DNA of 64,000 bases. Origin: Frankiaceae bacterium (lineage in GTDB: Bacteria > Actinomycetota > Actinomycetes > BP-191). A program made the position numbers and the translations under genes. Positions 1 to 6,833 of the stretch are shown here, one piece after another. Position 1 is the first letter of the stretch. Every line of letters starts with the position of its first letter. Below the pieces are notes generated by a model that made no database searches, was not told the origin of the DNA, and saw only the letters and a list, made by a program, of their open reading frames with translations. The stretch lies in contig DATLNJ010000055.1 of the NCBI GenBank assembly GCA_035536815.1, positions 923 through 64,922 on the forward strand, written 5' to 3'.

Positions 1-89
1 TCGGCCGCGTCGATCGCGGACCACAGCTCGGGCGGGAGGTCGCGCGCGCGGCGCGGGACGTGGGTGTCGGCGAGGACGACGGCGCGCAC
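1..89 (-). CDS. metallophosphoesterase-family protein, N-terminal fragment (gene runs off window start)
   Basis: Minus-strand GTG at 89 followed by VRAVVLADTHVPRRARDLPPELWSAIDAA, which looks like the D-x-H opening of YfcE-type phosphoesterases. The frame is open to the window edge. Confidence 0.4.
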   Translation of the reverse strand, partial: MRAVVLADTHVPRRARDLPPELWSAIDAA

Positions 90-148
90 GGCGCCATCCT
101 GCCCCGCGAGTGGCGCGGGGGAACGCGAGGGGGAACGCGCGCGGGGAC

Positions 149-592
149 CTACAGCGCGGCGCGCACCTCGTCGAGCGGGACGTTCGGCACGACGAAGTCG
201 GTGACGCCGTCGAGCCGGCCGCAGCCGACGCAGCGGACCGCGACGGCGACCCAGGTCACGGTGCTGCCGCTCTCGACGTGCAGGCCGCAGGCGACCTCGA
301 ACATCGACTGGCCGCAGGTCGTGCAGGCGTGCATCGGGGGGTGCGTCCAGCGCTCCTCGGAGTCGAGCAGGTGGTGCACCGAGCCGCAGGCGAGGCAGCG
401 GCGACGGGCGACCGCCTCGCCGGCGTCCGCCTCGACGTAGAACCACGTCATCGCGTCGTCGCCGTCGTGGGCCGGGTTGGCGCAGCGGGCGAGCAGCGTG
501 AGGTTCACCGACGGGCAGCCTTTGAGGCCCTCGAGCCACTGCCGGAGGTCGTCGCTGTCCTCGCCGAGCTCGCTCCCGGCCAGCTTCTGCAT
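149..592 (-). CDS. Cys-rich (3x CxxC) zinc-ribbon-like hypothetical protein
   Basis: ATG at 592 (MQKLAGSELGED...), 43 nt downstream of the helicase stop. Contains CLAC, CTTC and CVGC pairs. The longer 201-aa ORF start would overlap the helicase tail. Confidence 0.6.
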   Translation of the reverse strand: MQKLAGSELGEDSDDLRQWLEGLKGCPSVNLTLLARCANPAHDGDDAMTWFYVEADAGEAVARRRCLACGSVHHLLDSEERWTHPPMHACTTCGQSMFEVACGLHVESGSTVTWVAVAVRCVGCGRLDGVTDFVVPNVPLDEVRAAL

Positions 593-635
593 CGTCACGC
601 GTAGAGAGTCGGCAGCCGCGCCGGGCGTCTTGAGG

Positions 636-2132
636 TCAGCCCTCCGCGGCCGCCGTGCCGCCGCCACCCCGGCCGCGGCCGCCGCGCCGGCGGCGCCGCT
701 TGGGCGCGTCGCCCTCGGCAGCGTCGCTCGACGCCGGGACCGACGCTGGGACATCGCCGGGCTCGCCGACCCGGGTACGCCGCCGCGACCGGCTGCGGAC
801 CTGGACGCGGGCGAGCGGGTTGCCGTCCTGGTCGGCCGGCGCGTCGGCCGGCTTCGGCGTGGTCGGGCGGGAGCGCTTGTGCTTGCGCCCGGTCTCGCCG
901 ACGTCCTCCAGCTCCTCCGCGTCGAGGCCCGCGCGGGTGCGCTGGGCGCGCGGCAGGACTCCCTTCGCCTCCTTCGGGATGTCGAGCGCGTCGAAGAAGT
1001 GCGCCGACGACGAGTACGTCTCCGCGGGGTCGGGGAACGGCAGCGACAGCGCGGTGTTGATCGCCGCCCACTTCACCATGTCGTCCCAGTCCACGAACGT
1101 CACCGCGACACCGGACTCGCCCGCGCGGCCGGTGCGGCCGATGCGGTGCAGGTAGGTGTTCTCGTCGTCGGGGCACTGGTAGTTGACGACGTGCGTGACG
1201 CCGCCGATGTCGATGCCGCGCGCGGCCACGTCGGTCGCGACGAGCACGTCGATCTTCCCTGAGCGGAACGCCCTGAGCACCTGCTCGCGCGCGCCCTGGG
1301 CGAGGTCGCCGTGCACGGCGCCGGCCGCGAAACCGCGTTCGGCCAGCTCGGTGCCGACCTTGTCGCACAGGCGCTTGGTCCGGCAGAACACCATCGTCAG
1401 CCCGCGGCCCTCGGCCTGGAGCAGCCGGGCGAGCAGCTCGATCTTGTCGAGGTTGTGCGCGCGGAAGACGTGCTGTTGCGTGGTCGGGACCGTCTGCTCC
1501 TCGTGCGCCTCCTCGGCGCGGATGTGCATCGGCTGCTTCATGAACTTGCGGGCCATCGTGATGATCGGGCCGGGCATGGTGGCCGAGAACAGCAGCGTCT
1601 GCCGCCCGGTCTCCTGCGTCAGCGCCATGATCCGCTCGACGTCCGGCTGGAAGCCCAGGTCGAGCATCTCGTCGGCCTCGTCGAGCACGAGCATCCGCAC
1701 GTCGCCGAGCTTGAGGTGACCCTGGCGGGCCAGGTCGAGCAGCCGGCCGGGGGTGCCGACGACGATGTCGACGCCCTTGCGCAACGCCTCGAGCTGCGGC
1801 TCGAACGCCCGCCCGCCGTAGATGGCGGTAACGCGGACGCCGCGGTTGTGGCCGGCCTTGGTGAGGTCGCCGGCGACCTGGATGCACAGCTCGCGGGTCG
1901 GTACGACGACCAGCGCCTGGACGACGCCGCGGCCGAGCTCGATGCGGTCGAGCAGCGGGACGCCGAACGCCAGCGTCTTGCCGGTGCCGGTCCGCGCCTG
2001 GCCGATCAGGTCGGCGCCGGTGAGGGCGATGGGGATGGTGAGCTCCTGGATCGGGAACGCGTTCTCGATCCCGAGCGTCTGGAGCGCGGCTACGGTCTCG
2101 GGGGATGCCCCGAGCTCGGCGAACGTGGACAA
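636..2132 (-). CDS. rhlE: DEAD-box ATP-dependent RNA helicase
   Basis: Q-motif FPIQ, Walker A AQTGTGKT-like (ARTGTGKT), VLDEADEML (DEAD), SAT, HRIGRTGR. Basic Arg-rich C-terminal tail. Confidence 0.95.
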   Translation of the reverse strand: MSTFAELGASPETVAALQTLGIENAFPIQELTIPIALTGADLIGQARTGTGKTLAFGVPLLDRIELGRGVVQALVVVPTRELCIQVAGDLTKAGHNRGVRVTAIYGGRAFEPQLEALRKGVDIVVGTPGRLLDLARQGHLKLGDVRMLVLDEADEMLDLGFQPDVERIMALTQETGRQTLLFSATMPGPIITMARKFMKQPMHIRAEEAHEEQTVPTTQQHVFRAHNLDKIELLARLLQAEGRGLTMVFCRTKRLCDKVGTELAERGFAAGAVHGDLAQGAREQVLRAFRSGKIDVLVATDVAARGIDIGGVTHVVNYQCPDDENTYLHRIGRTGRAGESGVAVTFVDWDDMVKWAAINTALSLPFPDPAETYSSSAHFFDALDIPKEAKGVLPRAQRTRAGLDAEELEDVGETGRKHKRSRPTTPKPADAPADQDGNPLARVQVRSRSRRRTRVGEPGDVPASVPASSDAAEGDAPKRRRRRGGRGRGGGGTAAAEG

Positions 2133-2223
2133 GCAAGAGCCTTTCGACAGGCTCGGCCCCGCGGTGCGCCGGCTTGCTCCCGGTTGAAGAGTCCGGGGCG
2201 CGCGCTACCTGGGGCGAGCGGCG

Positions 2224-2244
2224 TTGGAGAGCGACCGTCTCCAA
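2224..2244 (-). promoter_or_regulatory. 7-bp perfect inverted repeat in the helicase 5' leader region
   Basis: TTGGAGA-gcgaccg-TCTCCAA read directly from the sequence, in the 206-bp divergent intergenic region. Function unknown. Confidence 0.2.
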
Positions 2245-2338
2245 GGCCGCTCCGCTCCGGCACGACGTACCGGCGCGTCGATCACTTCCAACGCCGAGTG
2301 TACGCGAACCCGTTCCGCCGGAGGAGGCTCTTGCGATC

Positions 2339-3706
2339 ATGCCCACCAGTCGTGTCGCGCTCCTCGCGCTCCTCGCCGTCGCGGCCGTCGGCCACGCGCC
2401 GCTCGCCGCCGCCGCGCCGCCCAGCACACCCACCGCCGTCGTCGCGATCGTGGACACCGGCATCGACCCGTACCACCCGGCGTTCAAGGACACCTCGCCG
2501 CGGGCGTACCGGCACCCGTCGACCTACCTGCCCGGGTACCCGCGCGACGCCGTCGCGCTGCGGCTCGGGAAGTCGTTCGCCGCGGACTGCGCGCGCATCT
2601 GGCGGCACGTCCGGGCGGGCAAGCTCTACTGGTTCCCAGGCACCAAGATCGTCGGCGCGTACTCGACCGACCTGGTGCAGAAGGACACCGCCTGCAAGCA
2701 GCCCGCGACCTACGACGTGCTCGGGCACGGCACCATGACCGCCTCGCGCGCCGCCGGCAACCGCTACGGCGCCTGCCCCGCGTGCCGCATCGTGGCCGTG
2801 CAGTTCCAGTACGACTACGGCCTCGTCAACAGCAGGGAGGCCGAGACGTCCGCGGTGGCCGCCGTGAGCTGGCCGGCCGCGAACGCCTCGTGGATCGACG
2901 CGCAGTCGAACTCGTGGGGCCCGCTGCCGGCGTACGACCCGACGGGCACCGCGGGGCTGTTCGCCGAGGGCGCCGCGCTCACCCGGGCGGTCGAGGCGGC
3001 GTCGCGCAAGCACCTGACGTTCTGGGCGACCGGCAACGGCCTGGGAAACTTCGGCGGCGTCCTCGGGCAGCCGACGACCGTCATCGCCCACTACACGCCG
3101 TCCGCGATCCGGGTCGGCGGGCACGACTCGGGCCAGGTCACGCTCTGGCCCGGCCTCTCCCCGCACTTCGTCGGCGACGCGTGCGACAACTGGGCCGCCG
3201 TCGCCGGCACCGCCAGGTACGAGGAGCGCGCCGGCGGCGGCACGTCGGCCGCGACGCCGTACGTCGCCGGCGGGGCGGCGGCGGCGTTGCTGCACGCCAG
3301 GACGCTCACCCGCGACACCCGGACCGGCGTGCGCGGCGACGTCGTCGCGAAGGGCCGCCGGACGAAGGCGGGCCCGCTCGCCGACGGCGTGCTGACGCTG
3401 GCCGAGTGGCGGACGGTGGCGGAACGGACCGCGACCGCGCGCCCGACGGCGCAGCCCGAGGACGGGCCGCCGTGCGACGTGGCGAGCCCGTACGCGCCGC
3501 TGCCCGTGCGGTGGGCGGACGTGCCGGCCGCCGCGCCGGCGTACCCGCTGGTCGGCTGGGGCGCCGTCGACCGGGCCGCCGTGGCGCGGGCCCGCGCGGT
3601 GCTCGCCGGGACGGTGCCGCTGCCCGCGCGGGCCGAGGAGGAGACGTTCTTCGCCGCCGACCGGCAGGTGCGCGAGGCGCTGCACACGGTCTACCGGGGC
3701 GCCTGA
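2339..3706 (+). CDS. secreted S8 (subtilisin-like) serine peptidase
   Basis: ATG at 2339 with a signal-like MPTSRVALLALLAVAAVGHAPLAAA. Asp motif VAIVDTGID, His motif GHGTMTAS, Ser motif GGTSAATPYVAG. Confidence 0.85.
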   Translation: MPTSRVALLALLAVAAVGHAPLAAAAPPSTPTAVVAIVDTGIDPYHPAFKDTSPRAYRHPSTYLPGYPRDAVALRLGKSFAADCARIWRHVRAGKLYWFPGTKIVGAYSTDLVQKDTACKQPATYDVLGHGTMTASRAAGNRYGACPACRIVAVQFQYDYGLVNSREAETSAVAAVSWPAANASWIDAQSNSWGPLPAYDPTGTAGLFAEGAALTRAVEAASRKHLTFWATGNGLGNFGGVLGQPTTVIAHYTPSAIRVGGHDSGQVTLWPGLSPHFVGDACDNWAAVAGTARYEERAGGGTSAATPYVAGGAAAALLHARTLTRDTRTGVRGDVVAKGRRTKAGPLADGVLTLAEWRTVAERTATARPTAQPEDGPPCDVASPYAPLPVRWADVPAAAPAYPLVGWGAVDRAAVARARAVLAGTVPLPARAEEETFFAADRQVREALHTVYRGA

Positions 3707-3770
3707 GCCGGTCCGCGCCGCGCGCCGCCGAGGGCGGCCCGATCCGGGCAATCCGGATGAACGGCTGCCC

Positions 3771-3809
3771 GGTGACCCTCTGTGGCTCTACTGTGTTCGG
3801 ACCGTCACC
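3771..3809 (+). promoter_or_regulatory. conserved leader inverted repeat GGTGAC-N27-GTCACC upstream of fibre gene 1
   Basis: Arms at 3771-3776 and 3804-3809, immediately 5' of the GGGAG RBS and the ATG at 3822. The same element precedes the paralogue at 6783-6821. Confidence 0.4.
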
Positions 3810-3821
3810 AGGGAGCCTTCG

Positions 3822-6749
3822 ATGCCCACTGCTCTCGGCCGTTTCGTCGTGCCTGCGATCGCGGTTGCCGCGGTCGCGCTGGGCACGCAGGCCGTCGTCG
3901 CCACGCCTACTGTGCCCGCGGCGTCGTCGCCGCAGGCCGTCGCGCCGTACGCCACGGTGTCGACCGGCACGAAGGCGGTGTTCGTGCCGGTGACGCAGCG
4001 CCGGGTGCTGAGCACGACGTCGATCTCGCCGACGTCGCCGCGCCGGGTGACGGTGGCCGGGGTGGCGGGGGTGCCGACGGATGCGCTGGCGGTGGTGGTG
4101 AACGTCGCCGCGGTGAAGCCGGCGAAGGCGGGTTTCCTGGTGGCGTACCCGAGCGGGGCGTCGCGGCCGCCGACGGTGTTCACGCTGACGTACGCCGCCG
4201 GGCAGGTCGACGAGAGCGTGGCGACGGTCAAGGTCGGCTCGCTGCGGCAGATCGTGGTCTACGCGTCGACGACGGCGCCGGTGGTGGTGGACGTGGTCGG
4301 CTACTACGTCAACCACAACCACGACGACGCGTACCTGACGAAGGCGCAGGCGCAGGGGCGGACCGCCGCCAACGCGTTCCTCTGCCCGACCGGGTCGCTC
4401 ATCAAGTCGGTCGCGGCGGACGGCGCGACGACCTGCGTGCAGGACGCGACCGGCCCGGTCAGCGGCGTCGGCGCGGGTCTGCTGCTCGACAACGGCGTGC
4501 TGACCGCGGAGCAGCGCCGCAGCGCGCCGAACGCGTTCACCTGCCCGGCGGGGCAGTACCTGCGCTCGGTCGCCGCGGACGGCACGCCGACCTGCGTCGT
4601 GGACGCGACGGGCGGCGGCGGCGGGTTCTCGATCGGCGAGGGCCTGCTGCTGGCCGACGGCGTGCTGTCGGCGGAGCAGGGCCGCAGCGCCACGAACGCG
4701 TTCACCTGCCAGACCGGGCAGGTGCTGCGTGCGGTCGCGAAGGACGGCGCGCCGACCTGCGTCGTCGACAAGGACACCGACACCACGTACTCGGCGGGCT
4801 TCGGGATGCTGCTCGTCGGCAACGTGTTCTCCGCCGAGCAGGGGCGCAGCGCGGTGAACGCGTTCACCTGCCCGGCGGGTCAGTACCTGCAGGCGGTGGC
4901 GAAGGACGGCGCGCCGACCTGCGTCGCGGACAAGGACACCGACACGAACACGACGTACGGCGCGGGCTTCGGCCTGCTGCTGACGGACGGGGTGTTCTCG
5001 GCGGAGCAGGGGCGGAGCGCGGCGAACGCGTTCACCTGCGCGGTCGGGCAGTACCTGCAGTCGGTGGCGAAGGACGGCGCGCCGGTGTGCGCGCTCGACA
5101 AGGACACCAACACGACGTACAGCGCGGGGGTCGGCCTGCTGCTCGCGAACGGCGTGTTCTCCGCCGACCGGAGCGCGGCCAACGCGTACACCTGCCCGAC
5201 CGGTCAGTACCTCCAGGCCGTCGCGGCGAACGGCGCGCCGACCTGCGCCGTCGAGCGGGACACGACGTACGCGGCCGGCGCGGGCCTGTCGCTGGCGAAC
5301 GGCACCTTCACCGCCGAGCAGCGGCGCAGCGTGCAGAACGCGTTCACCTGCCCGCCCGGGCAGTACCTGCGGGTGGTCGCGGCCGACGGCACGCCGACCT
5401 GCGCGGCGGACGTGGACACGAACACGACGTACTCCGCCGGCTTCGGGCTGCTGCTGGCCAACGGCGTCTTCTCGGCCGAGCAGGGCCGTAGCGCGGCCAA
5501 CGCGTTCACCTGCCCGGCCGGCCAGTACCTGCAGGTCGTGGCTTCGAACGGCGCCCCGACCTGCGCGGCGGACCGCGACACCGACACGAACACGACGTAC
5601 GAGGCCGGCCTCGGCCTGCTCCTCGAGGGCAACGTGTTCAGCGCCGAGCAGTCGCGCGCGACGAAGTTCCCGTTCTTCTGCGAGCCGGGCACCTTCATGC
5701 GCGAGGTCGCCAACGACGGCTTCACGACGTGCGACGCCGACCAGACGGGGCCGACGTACACGCCGGGATTCGGTATCGGCATCGACGGGACCACGATCTC
5801 CGCGCAGCAGGGGCGCAGCGCGGCCGGCGCGTTCACCTGCCCGGCCGGGCAGTACCTGCGGCACATCGCCGCCGACGGCGCGCCGACCTGCGTCGCCGAC
5901 GCGGACACCAACACGACGTACTCCGCCGGCTCCGGCCTGGCGCTGACCGGGACCACGTTCTCGCTCGCCGAGGGCACCAGCATCGTCCGCGTGAAGGGCG
6001 ACTCGGCCGACGCCGTGGCGAACGGCACCCGGCTGCGGTCCGCGATCGGCGCGCTGCCGTTCGCCGCCACGATGGCCCGCCCGATCGTCGTCGTGCTGTC
6101 GCCGGGGACGTACGAGCTCGCCGCGCAGACGAACCTGGTCATCCCGCCCTACGTGACGCTGGCCGGGTCGGGCCGGGAGGCGACCGTGCTCGTCGGGTCG
6201 TACGGCGCGGGCAGCGCGGGGCTGATCGAGCTGGGCAACGGCTCGGCGCTCGCGTCGCTCACGGTCAAGAACTCCGCCGGCGTCAACGGCGCGGTGGCGC
6301 CCGTCGTCGTGAACGGCGGGACGTCGCGGGTCTTCGACGTCGTCGGGACCGCGACCGCCACGGCCGCCGGCCCCACGGCGTTCGGCCTGGTGGTGTTCAG
6401 CGGCGGCACCGTGGTCGTCGAGCGGTCGACGTTCACCGCCACCGGTCCGAGCAGCGCTTACGGGCTCTACGCCGTCGCGGCGGTGCTGCGCGGCACCGGT
6501 GTCGAGGCGACCGCGACCAGCGGGACCGGCGCCGCGTACGGCGCGGCCGCGGGCTCCGCCGGCATCGTGGAGCTGTCCGGCGGCTCCCTCAAGGCGGCGA
6601 GCACGTCCACCGGCACCCCGTACGTCGCCGCCGAGATCGGCGGGTCGGACATCGTCCGGGTCGCGCACACGAAGCTCACCGGCGGGCTCCTCGGCACGCC
6701 CACGTGCGTCGGCGCGTACGACGAGGCGTTCGCGCCGCGGACCTGCTGA
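3822..6749 (+). CDS. secreted repeat protein (fibre/adhesin-like), paralogue 1, 975 aa
   Basis: Signal peptide MPTALGRFVVPAIAVAAVALGTQAVVA. An N-terminal beta-rich module is followed by 10 Cys-loop repeats (FTCPAGQYLxxVAxDGxPTC) alternating with TTYSAGxGLLLxNGVFSAEQGRS. The Gly/Ala/Thr-rich C-terminal module is beta-helix-like. GC3-rich codon usage. Confidence 0.85.
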   Translation: MPTALGRFVVPAIAVAAVALGTQAVVATPTVPAASSPQAVAPYATVSTGTKAVFVPVTQRRVLSTTSISPTSPRRVTVAGVAGVPTDALAVVVNVAAVKPAKAGFLVAYPSGASRPPTVFTLTYAAGQVDESVATVKVGSLRQIVVYASTTAPVVVDVVGYYVNHNHDDAYLTKAQAQGRTAANAFLCPTGSLIKSVAADGATTCVQDATGPVSGVGAGLLLDNGVLTAEQRRSAPNAFTCPAGQYLRSVAADGTPTCVVDATGGGGGFSIGEGLLLADGVLSAEQGRSATNAFTCQTGQVLRAVAKDGAPTCVVDKDTDTTYSAGFGMLLVGNVFSAEQGRSAVNAFTCPAGQYLQAVAKDGAPTCVADKDTDTNTTYGAGFGLLLTDGVFSAEQGRSAANAFTCAVGQYLQSVAKDGAPVCALDKDTNTTYSAGVGLLLANGVFSADRSAANAYTCPTGQYLQAVAANGAPTCAVERDTTYAAGAGLSLANGTFTAEQRRSVQNAFTCPPGQYLRVVAADGTPTCAADVDTNTTYSAGFGLLLANGVFSAEQGRSAANAFTCPAGQYLQVVASNGAPTCAADRDTDTNTTYEAGLGLLLEGNVFSAEQSRATKFPFFCEPGTFMREVANDGFTTCDADQTGPTYTPGFGIGIDGTTISAQQGRSAAGAFTCPAGQYLRHIAADGAPTCVADADTNTTYSAGSGLALTGTTFSLAEGTSIVRVKGDSADAVANGTRLRSAIGALPFAATMARPIVVVLSPGTYELAAQTNLVIPPYVTLAGSGREATVLVGSYGAGSAGLIELGNGSALASLTVKNSAGVNGAVAPVVVNGGTSRVFDVVGTATATAAGPTAFGLVVFSGGTVVVERSTFTATGPSSAYGLYAVAAVLRGTGVEATATSGTGAAYGAAAGSAGIVELSGGSLKAASTSTGTPYVAAEIGGSDIVRVAHTKLTGGLLGTPTCVGAYDEAFAPRTC
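4332..5975 (+). repeat. in-frame tandem coding repeats (~135-141 bp unit, 10 copies) inside fibre gene 1
   Basis: Ten occurrences of the C-x16-C module and the TTYSAG/GLLL module, counted in the translation. Boundaries are approximate. Confidence 0.8.
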
Positions 6750-6782
6750 CGCGAGGCGGGCATTTCCGTCGTTTCCCCGTCT

Positions 6783-6821
6783 GGTGACCGTCCGTGGCTC
6801 TACTGTGTGCGGACCGTCACC
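6783..6821 (+). promoter_or_regulatory. conserved leader inverted repeat GGTGAC-N27-GTCACC upstream of fibre gene 2
   Basis: The extended arms GGTGACCGTCCG / CGGACCGTCACC pair at 11 of 12 positions. The shared core gtggctctactgtgt(t/g)cggaccgtcacc is present in both copies. Confidence 0.4.
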
Positions 6822-6833
6822 GAGGGAGTCTCG

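Noticed and set aside
90-148. Tandem GGGGGAACGCG(a/c) x2 repeat between the first two genes
   Set aside because: There are only two short copies in a G-rich spacer, with no obvious structure or context. It is probably chance or a weak terminator remnant.
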